A stretch of DNA of 64,000 nt from a virus (taxonomy: Duplodnaviria > Caudoviricetes): IMG/VR virus record IMGVR_UViG_3300032218_002273, positions 17,764 to 81,763 of that record; one strand, written 5' to 3'. This document shows positions 34,533 to 44,238 of this stretch, piece by piece (position 1 is the stretch's first letter; every line of letters starts with the position of its first letter). A program made the position numbers and the translations under genes. A model generated the notes under the pieces. That model saw only the letters and a program-made list of their open reading frames with translations, was not told the DNA's origin and searched no databases.

Positions 34533-34748
34533 CTACTTACCTACCAGCATACGACACATTGTTAGCTGGTAGTGTAAGTTATCGTTTTTTATTTGTAAAT
34601 TACTTATTTGTTCTTCTTTTGATCTTAAATCCCTATCTTCTAAAAAAGATCCAACGCAAGATATTACAATTAAGGTCAAAGAAAAATTTACTACTATAAA
34701 AAATAGTAATGTTGCTATTTTATTATGCCCCTGTCCACTCACAAGCAC
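34533..34748 (-). CDS. Small TM plus coiled-coil protein
   Basis: One TM then heptads. Confidence 0.5.
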   Translation of the reverse strand: MLVSGQGHNKIATLLFFIVVNFSLTLIVISCVGSFLEDRDLRSKEEQISNLQIKNDNLHYQLTMCRMLVGK

Positions 34749-36576
34749 CCCCGCTACACGCTAATTGATCCATTCGTTTAGTATTATCTTGAAATTCAAT
34801 AACTTCATTTAGGTTAACATTTTTAATTTGCTTTGACAACTCTTCAAAAGTTTCTTTTGTACATGACTCAAACGGTGCTTGTTTATAAGAACCTCCATCA
34901 AAAGGTAATAAACTTATCCCTGTATAGGAGTCTCTATGTTCCCACATATTATCTCTTAAAGAATCAACCTCTTCTGCCTTATAGTTAATAGTACAAGACA
35001 CGTTATGCTTATTTGCTCCACTTCTATGTCCAGAAGCCACCCAGTTTTGATTAAATTTTAGTACTCTCTGCAATAAAGAATCTGCACTTTCCATATTTCT
35101 AGTAATTGAATTTTTTGGAGACTCTTGAGGTATACTTACCACTACTCCAGTTGGAGAAAATAAATCATCTTCTACTAGACTTGGCACTGTCTCTATAAGA
35201 TAATTAGTAAGAACATCTCCCTTATTCATTCTGACTCTTCTGATATAAAAATCATCATATCTTGCATGAATACCACTAGCACTACCAACTACACAACTCA
35301 TAGTTCCTTCTGGTTTTAGACAGGTAGTTCTAGCAGCTAGATTTATTCCAATCTTTTTAGCATACTTCTCATTAACATCTAAAACAAGTTTTGCTGAATT
35401 TTGTAATTGTTCGTTTGTTAGTACATTATTATCAGCAACTCCAGTGAATGATACTCCCAAAAGAGCTTCTTTTTCTGTTTGTACCTTCCAATTTTCTTTA
35501 ATGTAAGGAAAATCAGTATACGCTGCTTGTAAAGTGCCTAACAATGACGCAGCATACACTCTATTATGCAGATCCTTTTCATTTTTAACGCCTGTAAGAT
35601 TTACAGAAGTTAAATTACAAAATTGATTAGAATTAAGACTAATTTCACAGCACGGATTAACTCCCAATTCCAAGTCATTTGTCCAAACAAAGCCAGGTTC
35701 TCCACTATTACTAGCAATACAAGCATCAAATACCGCATTAAACTCCTCTCTAGTGGTAGTAAGTCTGTGAAGAACAGCGCTATTGTTAGCTCTAGCTCTG
35801 TGAGGATGTTTTTCCCACCAATGTCCATGTTTAGCAGTTAACATATCATTGTCATCCTTATCAAAAATAGAAATTAGAGCTGCTCTTCTTATACCTCCTG
35901 AGAGTACACAGTCTGCTATAATACATAACATATCGTGAACTTCTATAGTTTTTAATTTTCTACCAATTGCTAATTTTAATTTACTTTCAACTAATTCTAA
36001 CATTCTTTTTAAAGGTTCATGTCCAGGAGCAGTAGCTCCGCTAGATAATCTAGAGCCTTTTGGTCTAATTAGTGAAAAATCAAATAAAGGTCTTAAGCCT
36101 CCATTAAAATAAGATCTCATTAAGCTATTTAATGACTCTGCCCACCCCTCAATAGAGTCTGATACAATATATTTATTTTCTTCTTTTGGCTTTCTTACCG
36201 TTGGAAGATTATTTGTGTGGTGTTTTTGAACAGAGAAACCAAAACCTGTACCGCACATTAATAAATACAATGCTTCACTAAAAATTTCTGGATAATTTGC
36301 TGCAGCAAAGCTACAATTAAATAATTTAATATTGTTTTTTAAAATACTTTCTCCGCCAAACTGCATAGATCTCATTGACGGCATAACATTTAAATCATGA
36401 ACTTGTTTATAAGCTTTAATAATATCTCTAGATAAATGAGGAAATCTTTCTAGATGCATCATCATATTTCTATTGATGATTTCTTCTAAAGATTCCCTTC
36501 TTCCTAAGTGATCTAAGAACTTAGCATAAGTTCTGTAAACTACAATATCAGAAAGAAATTTATTTGACTTATTCAA
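34723..36576 (-). CDS. nrdJ: Class II (B12-dependent) monomeric ribonucleotide reductase
   Basis: FNCSF, G.G.GFS, GGIRR.A, NPCCEI, KPEGT, C-terminal CSGGAC; TTG start; no NrdB in window. Confidence 0.9.
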   Translation of the reverse strand: MNKSNKFLSDIVVYRTYAKFLDHLGRRESLEEIINRNMMMHLERFPHLSRDIIKAYKQVHDLNVMPSMRSMQFGGESILKNNIKLFNCSFAAANYPEIFSEALYLLMCGTGFGFSVQKHHTNNLPTVRKPKEENKYIVSDSIEGWAESLNSLMRSYFNGGLRPLFDFSLIRPKGSRLSSGATAPGHEPLKRMLELVESKLKLAIGRKLKTIEVHDMLCIIADCVLSGGIRRAALISIFDKDDNDMLTAKHGHWWEKHPHRARANNSAVLHRLTTTREEFNAVFDACIASNSGEPGFVWTNDLELGVNPCCEISLNSNQFCNLTSVNLTGVKNEKDLHNRVYAASLLGTLQAAYTDFPYIKENWKVQTEKEALLGVSFTGVADNNVLTNEQLQNSAKLVLDVNEKYAKKIGINLAARTTCLKPEGTMSCVVGSASGIHARYDDFYIRRVRMNKGDVLTNYLIETVPSLVEDDLFSPTGVVVSIPQESPKNSITRNMESADSLLQRVLKFNQNWVASGHRSGANKHNVSCTINYKAEEVDSLRDNMWEHRDSYTGISLLPFDGGSYKQAPFESCTKETFEELSKQIKNVNLNEVIEFQDNTKRMDQLACSGGACEWTGA

Positions 36577-36610
36577 TTGTCCACCTCCAAAGTTATAATA
36601 TGATTATGCC

Positions 36611-36799
36611 TTAATCTTGAGGAGGATGCAACTTATTTTTACCCATTTCTTTCATTTCTTGTTTGATCTTTTCACTTAGTTTTATTATTTCACTAAACTG
36701 TATTTTTAATTGTTTTTCTTCTAGCAATTTTTTAAAAAGTCCAGAATCTAAACTTTTCCAAGGAAGCCCTGCAATATAATCTGTATCTTTTCTATTCAT
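36611..36799 (-). CDS. Hypothetical protein
   Basis: Operon spacing. Confidence 0.5.
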   Translation of the reverse strand: MNRKDTDYIAGLPWKSLDSGLFKKLLEEKQLKIQFSEIIKLSEKIKQEMKEMGKNKLHPPQD

Positions 36800-36802
36800 A
36801 TG

Positions 36803-37168
36803 TTACCTAAACTGCATGTTTTTAAGTTTTTTTTCACGTTCTCTATCAATAGAATCTTCAATTTCTAATTTAATTCTTTCATAAATATCTTTAACCTCGT
36901 TTGTTCTTTCAAAATGTTCTGGAGTTTCAGCAGTTTCTAAAAGCATATCGCAGGTTCTTTCTCCTACATCCGCTAAGTGCCAGAGAACTTGTGTATCTTC
37001 TAGATTAAGTTTTCTGTAATGAGATTGATTTACTAATTTAGTCATTCTTTCATAAGATTCTTTTAGTTCATCATCTTTTGCTGCCTCTGCCACTTCAATT
37101 GCGTTTGCGATTACTTCTTTTAGCAACTCTTTCATGTCCTCGTTTAAATTTAATTGCATCACTTCCAC
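36803..37168 (-). CDS. Hypothetical acidic helical protein
   Basis: Operon spacing. Confidence 0.6.
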   Translation of the reverse strand: MEVMQLNLNEDMKELLKEVIANAIEVAEAAKDDELKESYERMTKLVNQSHYRKLNLEDTQVLWHLADVGERTCDMLLETAETPEHFERTNEVKDIYERIKLEIEDSIDREREKKLKNMQFR

Positions 37169-37382
37169 CTTTGTTTTTTAAATCTTTTAGAAACTTATTA
37201 GGATCTAATTTTTTATTTCTTAGAGAAACATCTCCAATGTATGGTAATTCCACAGTTCTTTGAACTAATTCTTCTGCTAATTCATATAAAAAGCATTTAC
37301 ATATTGTGTCAATAAATTCTCTAGATAATCCTGTGTCGTCACAAGTTCTAGTTACTATATCTTGATAATGCTTATTACTCAT
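37095..37382 (-). CDS. HU/IHF-like DNA-binding protein
   Basis: TGLS...I...FL..LAEEL...VELPYIG.V.LR...IKFKRG; start moved to MSNKH. Confidence 0.6.
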   Translation of the reverse strand: MSNKHYQDIVTRTCDDTGLSREFIDTICKCFLYELAEELVQRTVELPYIGDVSLRNKKLDPNKFLKDLKNKGGSDAIKFKRGHERVAKRSNRKRN

Positions 37383-37783
37383 GGTATAAAAAATCTCCTT
37401 CCAGAAGCTGGCGGAACTATTTGTACATGAACCCATCCTGGAGTGTGTTTAAAATCTTCCATCCATAATCCAATAGCTGTTATTTCGTCTATATGGTCAT
37501 ATATAAAATCTTTTAAATGATTATCAGGATCAGAAAAATCACAAGCTTGTCCACTTAAATGTTTTGACTTCATTGGAATTTTTGACATATCTCTAATCCC
37601 TTTATCAGCATAAATTCTTATGTGATCTTCTAGAGATCTGTATCCACTAGTCACTATCATAGGCTTTGCAAAAATATCTCTAAGTTTATTTACTTTCAAA
37701 AGTAACTCAAAAACATTTTGCTGATGTTCTTCTGGAACATCGTTTATATCTTTTCCTTTTAAAATTTCAGACATTGAAATCAT
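37379..37783 (-). CDS. Peptidase M15 (endolysin-like)
   Basis: IVTSGYRS, SKH..G.ACD, WVHV. Confidence 0.9.
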   Translation of the reverse strand: MISMSEILKGKDINDVPEEHQQNVFELLLKVNKLRDIFAKPMIVTSGYRSLEDHIRIYADKGIRDMSKIPMKSKHLSGQACDFSDPDNHLKDFIYDHIDEITAIGLWMEDFKHTPGWVHVQIVPPASGRRFFIP

Positions 37784-37807
37784 ATAACCTCCAATAAGGT
37801 TTATTGT

Positions 37808-37836
37808 AGTATATTTTATTTTGTATTTATTGTCAA
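37808..37836 (-). promoter_or_regulatory. Sigma-70 promoter for the minus-strand middle operon
   Basis: TTGACA-N17-TATACT. Confidence 0.8.
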
Positions 37837-37843
37837 ATTTTTA

Positions 37844-37872
37844 TTGACAGGTTTGAATTATTTTCTTAATAT
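37844..37872 (+). promoter_or_regulatory. Sigma-70 promoter facing ncRNA copy 2
   Basis: TTGACA-N17-TAATAT. Confidence 0.65.
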
Positions 37873-37879
37873 CGAAAAT

Positions 37880-38120
37880 GGGCAAAAAGCCTAGCTTATA
37901 CTGTGCTAGATCGTAAAAAAGGGAAACCGAGATACTACCGGGGCATAATCAATAAACGGTAACTGTCAAAACGAAGGCCAGAAGATGACAGCGAAACGCT
38001 ACTCAGTATATTCTTATTTAGCGATAACATCGCCAAGAGGTTAGACGAAAGTTAAAAGTAGTAACTCTAATCGCTCTAAAGGTACTATATATAATAGATA
38101 CTAGGCGGAGCCGTGCAAGG
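37880..38120 (+). ncRNA. Candidate structured ncRNA, copy 2
   Basis: ORF-free; hairpins CTAGC/GCTAG, CCG/CGG, CTGTCA/TGACAG, GCGAT/ATCGC; ends approximate. Confidence 0.55.
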
Positions 38121-38122
38121 AA

Positions 38123-38132
38123 TTAACAACTA
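38123..38132 (+). promoter_or_regulatory. Late-promoter-like motif
   Basis: TTAACAACTA at the head of the packaging operon. Confidence 0.75.
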
Positions 38133-38295
38133 CTAGTAGAAGGTGTTAGATTTTTCAAGTATGAATAATCTAGTGATTAAAAAATTCAGCAATACCAATA
38201 AGACTGATAAAACAAGCATCTAACGAACAATGTACCATCTTCTTTAATTGTAAATTGTAGTATCTTTTAGACTACATACTTACAGAAGGAAATTT

Positions 38296-38583
38296 ATGAA
38301 AAACCTACTTTACGAACTAAACGTAACTAAGATTTTATTGATTCTTGTTGTAATAACGTCCTGTATTACCAAAAGTCCAGAAGCAATTTCAGTATCAGTT
38401 ATTTCTCTTGTAAGCTTTGCTTGCGTAGATAAATATCTTACAATTCTTAGCTTAAAATCAAATAGAGAAGATGAGCTAGATTCAGTAAATAAAGCTATTA
38501 TAGAGCTAGAATCTAAAGTATCTCACTTGTCAAATAAAGATGTTGCAAAAGATTTATTAGGTGGACTTGCTCCAAAAAGGTAA
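38296..38583 (+). CDS. Two-TM membrane protein
   Basis: Hydrophobic N-half, coiled C-half. Confidence 0.6.
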   Translation: MKNLLYELNVTKILLILVVITSCITKSPEAISVSVISLVSFACVDKYLTILSLKSNREDELDSVNKAIIELESKVSHLSNKDVAKDLLGGLAPKR

Positions 38584-38586
38584 TAT

Positions 38587-38991
38587 ATGAACTTAATTGA
38601 CATGTCACAATTTAAAACTTTAGAAGATCTAAAGAAACATGCAGAACAATTAACTAAAACAAACTTAATGTTGCAAAATGATATTAAGCATAAAGATGAA
38701 AAAATTGCTCATCTAGAGTCTTTACTGAATACTCTCCCATCAACAGATTTTTTAGTAGAGGATAGGGAAGTTGAGATTTGTAAGATTGAAATTAATAGAT
38801 TATATCAAAAATCTCTTAGATTTCCATTAGATGATAAAGAAGTTCGGAATCTTGAGATTCTTGTAAAAACTTTAGCTGTTGCTAGAGGTAGAAACGTATC
38901 TGATGTAAAAGAAAAAAAGGACAAGGAAGCTGTAAAAAATTTACCTGTTGGTAAGTTGGTTGAGCTTGCTAAATCTATAAAAAATGAATAA
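38587..38991 (+). CDS. Hypothetical protein, possible terminase small subunit
   Basis: Overlaps the terL start; positional inference only. Confidence 0.4.
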   Translation: MNLIDMSQFKTLEDLKKHAEQLTKTNLMLQNDIKHKDEKIAHLESLLNTLPSTDFLVEDREVEICKIEINRLYQKSLRFPLDDKEVRNLEILVKTLAVARGRNVSDVKEKKDKEAVKNLPVGKLVELAKSIKNE

Positions 38992-40438
38992 TGAAGAATT
39001 AGAACAATTATCTCCTGAAGAAGCTGGAGATATTCTTTGGCAAAATGGAGATGCGTGGCAATTCTTATTAGATCCTCTTCAACAAAAACTAGTAAGATCT
39101 TATCTTCAAAGCGACATAGGTAAAGAACTTATACTTGTACTAGGTAGACAGGTAGGTAAATCTTATGCTTTATTTACTTTAGCTATGTGCGAATGTCTTC
39201 GTAGACCTGGAATTACAGTAGTTTATGTTGCTCCTACTTTAAAAATGGCTAAAAAAATTACTCGTATGACTTTAAGAGAAGTTGCAAAAACTGCTCCAAA
39301 AGATTGTACTCCTAAGTTTAATACTCAAGATAGCGAATATAATTTTCCAAATGGTAGTAAAATAGAATTAGCTGGATTTAATGCCGGGCAAATTGAAGAT
39401 TCCAGAGGGCCTAAAGCACATTTAATTATTGTAGATGAGTGCGGATTTATGGATGCTTCTGAATTTGATTATGGTGTAAACTCTGTTCTATACCCAAAAC
39501 TAAACTCTACAAGAGGGGTTATGTTAATGTGTTCTACTTTACCAAAGTCGGCAGCACATCCATATTGGAATAGAGTATTAAAAGCTAAATTAGAAGATCG
39601 TTTGGTAGAAGGTACAGTATATGATTGTCCTAGATATACAAAAGATGATATTGATAAATTTGCATCTAGATCTGGCGGATATGATTCTATAGATTTTAGG
39701 CGTGAGTTTATGAATGAAATGGTAACAGACGAAGAAAAAGCTGTTGTACCAGAAGCCACTAAAAACATTATGAATAAGATTGTTAGAGAAGTAACTAGAC
39801 CTTCTCATTTTGATTGCTATATTGGAATGGATATAGGTTTTAGAGATTATACCGCTATTTTATTTGCTTATTATGATTTTTTAAAAAATACTGTTGTAAT
39901 CGAAGATGAAGTTATTATTAAAGGAACTAAGGTTACCACCAAAGCAATAGCGGATGCAATAAAAGAAAAGGAAGAAAAACTTTGGCAACATAAAAAACCA
40001 TTCCTTAGAATTGCAGATAACAATAATTTAATTCTTTTAAATGAACTTACTCAATCCCCTTACAACTTACCAATATTTCCAACTGCCAAAGATAACAGAG
40101 AAGCGGCTATAAATAAGGTAAGATTGCTAATTCAGAAAGAACAGATTATAATAAACCCAAGATGTGTGGTTTTACAGCAACATTTACAACACGCTACATG
40201 GAATAATAAACGTAGCGAGTTTGAAAGAGATCCTCTTAATGGTCACTTTGACGCATTAGCAGCATTAATCTATCTATGCAGAAATGTTCAATATCAACGA
40301 AATCCATATCCACCAGAATACATGATGACTACAGATGCTTTTTATGTAGATATGAGTAATGGATTTGACGCTCCAAAAGATGATTTTCAAAAACACATTA
40401 GAGAAGCTTTTAACCCATTCAAGAAAAAGACTTTTTAG
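38984..40438 (+). CDS. terL: Terminase large subunit
   Basis: GRQVGKS, IIVDECG, FRREF, GMDIG, HFDALAA. Confidence 0.95.
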   Translation: MNNEELEQLSPEEAGDILWQNGDAWQFLLDPLQQKLVRSYLQSDIGKELILVLGRQVGKSYALFTLAMCECLRRPGITVVYVAPTLKMAKKITRMTLREVAKTAPKDCTPKFNTQDSEYNFPNGSKIELAGFNAGQIEDSRGPKAHLIIVDECGFMDASEFDYGVNSVLYPKLNSTRGVMLMCSTLPKSAAHPYWNRVLKAKLEDRLVEGTVYDCPRYTKDDIDKFASRSGGYDSIDFRREFMNEMVTDEEKAVVPEATKNIMNKIVREVTRPSHFDCYIGMDIGFRDYTAILFAYYDFLKNTVVIEDEVIIKGTKVTTKAIADAIKEKEEKLWQHKKPFLRIADNNNLILLNELTQSPYNLPIFPTAKDNREAAINKVRLLIQKEQIIINPRCVVLQQHLQHATWNNKRSEFERDPLNGHFDALAALIYLCRNVQYQRNPYPPEYMMTTDAFYVDMSNGFDAPKDDFQKHIREAFNPFKKKTF

Positions 40439-40443
40439 GCATA

Positions 40444-40453
40444 TTAACAACTA
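40444..40453 (+). promoter_or_regulatory. Late-promoter-like motif
   Basis: TTAACAACTA before the portal gene. Confidence 0.75.
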
Positions 40454-40469
40454 CTTGTAGAGGATTTTT

Positions 40470-42485
40470 ATGGATAATTCTACACGACCAGAATCTAAAT
40501 ATTTCGCAGCTACAAGAGATCCAAAGAAATTGGGTAGTAATTTAGTCAATAAAGTCAAAGGCTTCCAACAAATGTCGAAGCAAATGGGTATTACTAATAA
40601 ACTAAAAAACTCTTGGGCTAGTTATCATGGCATGTTCTGGAATACATTTGGTGGATCTCATCAAGTAACCTTTACTGGAGAGCAAGGAGAGCTTTCTCAA
40701 CTTCCGGTAAATCATTTACGAAATATTGTAACTCACATGAAAACAATGACTTTAGCATCTAGACCAGCTTTAGATGCTAGAGCCGCTAATACTGACCCTA
40801 AATCTCTAGTACAAGCACAATTAGCTACAGGGTTATTAGATTACTATTTAAGAGAGATGAGACTAGAAAAACATATTGCTATGGCTGTTGAAACAGCCTT
40901 AGTTCTTGGATCTGGTTATATTCAAGTAGAATGGGATACATCAAAAGGTCAAATTGTTGAGCAAGATGAAGAGACAGGATTCCCAGTAAGAGAAGGAGAT
41001 TTAGCTTTTTGTAATTTATCTCCCTTTGAAGTCATACATGACGTTAATAAAAGCGATGATAATCATAACTGGCTTATTACTATAAGTTATAAAAATAGAT
41101 ATGATCTAATTGCTAAATTTCCAGAATATGAAAAAGAAATTGAAAGTTTACCAGGAAAAGATAAACTTGAAGGAAGCTTAGTTTTAAATAGAGATTTTGC
41201 ATCAGATGAAATTCCTGTATTTACATTTTTTCATAAACCAACAGATAGTCTCCCGAATGGAAGACATGTTGTATTTTTATCAGAAGATGTAATTCTTACA
41301 GATTTAGATTTACCATATAAAAAAATACCTATCTTTAGAGTATCTGCTGCAGATATTTTAGGAACTTGTATTGGATATGCAAATACTTATGATCTACTGC
41401 CTTTACAAGATGCTATTAACACTTTATATACATCAGTATTTTCTAATAACGTAGCGCTTGGTACTCAGAATTTATTCGTAGAAACGGGAGCAAACTTAAA
41501 CGTAACATCTTTATCCGGTGGTTTAAATGTTATTGAAGGGTTAAAAAAACCAGAACCTTTAAATTTAGTTGCTTCATCTCCAGAGACTTATCAGTTAATT
41601 AATAAAATGGAATCTTTAATGGAGACAATTTCTGGTATAAACTCAGTAGTTCGTGGTAATCCAGAAGCTAATTTAAAATCAGGAACATCTTTAGCAGTCG
41701 TACAATCTCAAGCAGTTCAATTTATTAATGGATTGCAACAGCAGTACATTCAGTTATTAGAAGACCTTGGTACTTGTATTATTGAGATTTTAAAAGATTA
41801 TGCAACAGAACCTAGAGTTGTCAGTATTGTAGGGAATAATAATAAAGCTTATTTAAAACAATTTAAAGCTGACGATATTCAAGAAGTTAATAGAGTAGTT
41901 GTAGATGTTGGTAATCCATTATCTAAGACTTTTGCTGGTCGTATTCAAATGGCAGAACAATTGATGCAAATGAAAGCTGATGAATTTACAATAGATCAAT
42001 ATATTCAAGTTATCAACACAGGTAAGCTTGATGTTATGACAAATAAAAATACTCGCAAATTAAATCAAATTGAATTAGAAAATGAAAGATTGATGGCTGG
42101 AAAAGAAACTAAAGTTTTAATTTTAGATGATCACGCAATGCATATACAAGAGCATGCAAGTTTATTAGATGATCCAGATATTAGGGATAATGATGAAATC
42201 GCAGGTGTTATTTTAAATCATATTCAACAACATATGGATCTTGCATCTGATCCTGGAACACAAGCATTACATCAACTAATGGGGCATAAACCAATTCCTC
42301 AGCAGCAATCTCCTAGTCAACAACCTAATCCAGAAAACATGAATCAACCGCAAGGTAATATACCTGCAAATATGGGAGAAGTTCCTCCAGCAAATCAACC
42401 TCCACAACAACCAAACATGCCTCAATCTCCTACAGGACAACCTACACAACCAGATCAACAAATGGCAATGAATACTGGGGGGTAA
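40470..42485 (+). CDS. Portal protein (P22-like)
   Basis: Follows terL; G.GYIQVEWD, ISGIN...RG..E...SG; Q/P-rich tail. Confidence 0.85.
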   Translation: MDNSTRPESKYFAATRDPKKLGSNLVNKVKGFQQMSKQMGITNKLKNSWASYHGMFWNTFGGSHQVTFTGEQGELSQLPVNHLRNIVTHMKTMTLASRPALDARAANTDPKSLVQAQLATGLLDYYLREMRLEKHIAMAVETALVLGSGYIQVEWDTSKGQIVEQDEETGFPVREGDLAFCNLSPFEVIHDVNKSDDNHNWLITISYKNRYDLIAKFPEYEKEIESLPGKDKLEGSLVLNRDFASDEIPVFTFFHKPTDSLPNGRHVVFLSEDVILTDLDLPYKKIPIFRVSAADILGTCIGYANTYDLLPLQDAINTLYTSVFSNNVALGTQNLFVETGANLNVTSLSGGLNVIEGLKKPEPLNLVASSPETYQLINKMESLMETISGINSVVRGNPEANLKSGTSLAVVQSQAVQFINGLQQQYIQLLEDLGTCIIEILKDYATEPRVVSIVGNNNKAYLKQFKADDIQEVNRVVVDVGNPLSKTFAGRIQMAEQLMQMKADEFTIDQYIQVINTGKLDVMTNKNTRKLNQIELENERLMAGKETKVLILDDHAMHIQEHASLLDDPDIRDNDEIAGVILNHIQQHMDLASDPGTQALHQLMGHKPIPQQQSPSQQPNPENMNQPQGNIPANMGEVPPANQPPQQPNMPQSPTGQPTQPDQQMAMNTGG

Positions 42486-42487
42486 TA

Positions 42488-44152
42488 ATGTCAACGGCGG
42501 AAGAGCTTAGAAAAAAATTACTAGACTTGGCAAATAAACCATTAAAGGAACAACAAGAGCAACCGACTTCTTTACCAGAAGAACCACCACCAATACCAAA
42601 AGAACTACCACCTCTACCTAAAGAAAGTATAAGCAAACAAAATAATCCTTTTATAGTAAATCCAGATATCATGGATGAAAAAGATACTGAAAATTTAATA
42701 GATGTAATGACAAATAAAAGAGTGAAACCCGTTGAGTATTCTAGTAAAAATCAATCTCATAAAAGAGGAATAGATGCTCTTAATAAGATAATAAATTATC
42801 AAAATAAAACAATAGATGAAGTAGCAAAAGCTAGAAAGTCGGGAGATTCTTCCTTATTAAAAACACCAGAATATTATTATCAAGATGAGGATTTAGTAAA
42901 TAATATTTTCAAAGTTGGAAATGAAATTCAAAATTCAAATATTGTAAGACCAAAATCACAATTCCTACAATTTAAAAATCAAAATCTAAAACCAGAAATA
43001 CAACAAGAAATAAAAAATAGTATTATGAATTCGGATTATGAAAAGGCAATTGATTTGGCTCATAATAAAAATAATATGTTTGCAGGCAGGGGAGTTTTTA
43101 ATAGAACCATAGAAGACATACTACAAAATGAAATGAATATAAAACCAGACGAGCATGATAAACTATATGATCTTTTTAAAGATTCAGACTTATTAAGAAA
43201 TGTTAAAATAATAAAAAAACCTTTGCCAGAGGAGTCAGTCGGAGGATACTATAATCCAACTGCAACTGAAGAACATCCATTTGGTCACATTGTTTTAAAC
43301 ACTAATAATAAGAATCCATCTAAATTATCAATTATATTACATGAACTAAAACATGCTAGAGATAGATTATATAATATGGATTTAAGAGATAAAATGCACA
43401 GTTCTAATTTTCCTTTAGAAATTCCTCAAGATCAAGTTTCTTTAAGTAAACTCAACCCAAAAACAGGAGAAAAAATAGAATACTCGCTACCTGGGTATGC
43501 ACATCTAGATAAGGAAGCTTCTGGAGGTTTGATTGCTCATCATATTGAGCCGTACGCTGAAATTAACACAATAAAAGGATTACAAAAAAATAAATTATTT
43601 GGTTTGCTACCATTAGCAGCAGCATTAGGTGCCACTGCATATTCTACAAGCTCTAAAGCAGATGAGGGAGATTATGAAGGAGTTGCAAAAGATATAGCAG
43701 AAAATACGGCAGATGTTGGCTCTTTGGGATTTTACTCTGCTGCTAAAAAATTAGGAGCTGGAAAATCTGGAAAAAATATATTAAAAGATATTGCAGTGTC
43801 GGATAGAGCAGGAGAACCTTTTGATTGGTCGGATTATAGTAAAGAAGATATAGATCAATTACATGAGGGATTAAAAGACACAGCACACGCTGCAGCTTAT
43901 TTAACTCCAGCCGCTCCTTATGTAGGAGCTGCAGATACGGGAATGATGTTAGGTCAAGGAACAGGAGTAATAGAAAATCTTTATAAAAATTATAAAAATA
44001 ATCAAAGCGTTTTAGATCCAGAATTTGAAAAACAAGAAGAGGAATCAAAAAGAGCACAAGAAGAATGGGAAGCTAGACACAAGAGAGTAAACGAAACTAC
44101 AGGTATTGAAAGAGCCAACAAAATTAAAAGAAGTATTGAAGCTAAAAAATAA
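42488..44152 (+). CDS. Head-module protein with zincin HExxH motif
   Basis: GGYYNP...IILHELKHARD; Pro-rich N-terminus; hydrophobic LLPLAAALGATA. Confidence 0.55.
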   Translation: MSTAEELRKKLLDLANKPLKEQQEQPTSLPEEPPPIPKELPPLPKESISKQNNPFIVNPDIMDEKDTENLIDVMTNKRVKPVEYSSKNQSHKRGIDALNKIINYQNKTIDEVAKARKSGDSSLLKTPEYYYQDEDLVNNIFKVGNEIQNSNIVRPKSQFLQFKNQNLKPEIQQEIKNSIMNSDYEKAIDLAHNKNNMFAGRGVFNRTIEDILQNEMNIKPDEHDKLYDLFKDSDLLRNVKIIKKPLPEESVGGYYNPTATEEHPFGHIVLNTNNKNPSKLSIILHELKHARDRLYNMDLRDKMHSSNFPLEIPQDQVSLSKLNPKTGEKIEYSLPGYAHLDKEASGGLIAHHIEPYAEINTIKGLQKNKLFGLLPLAAALGATAYSTSSKADEGDYEGVAKDIAENTADVGSLGFYSAAKKLGAGKSGKNILKDIAVSDRAGEPFDWSDYSKEDIDQLHEGLKDTAHAAAYLTPAAPYVGAADTGMMLGQGTGVIENLYKNYKNNQSVLDPEFEKQEEESKRAQEEWEARHKRVNETTGIERANKIKRSIEAKK

Positions 44153-44155
44153 GTA

Positions 44156-44165
44156 TTAACAACTA
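44156..44165 (+). promoter_or_regulatory. Late-promoter-like motif
   Basis: TTAACAACTA before the scaffold gene. Confidence 0.75.
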
Positions 44166-44238
44166 CATATAGAGAGTACGCAATAACGCATCTCTCACTA
44201 ACAATTACCCCAATAGGGGCATTATTTAGGAGAATTTT

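Noticed and set aside
37940-37946. GGGGCAT complementary to ATGCCCC in the MCP leader
   Set aside because: A 7-nt match is expected by chance.
37915-37990. Canonical cobalamin riboswitch
   Set aside because: It has AGGGAA, GTAACTGT and GCCAGAAGA words but no CCC partner or GTGnAAnT loop, and covariation supports a different pairing. Not called without a covariance-model search.
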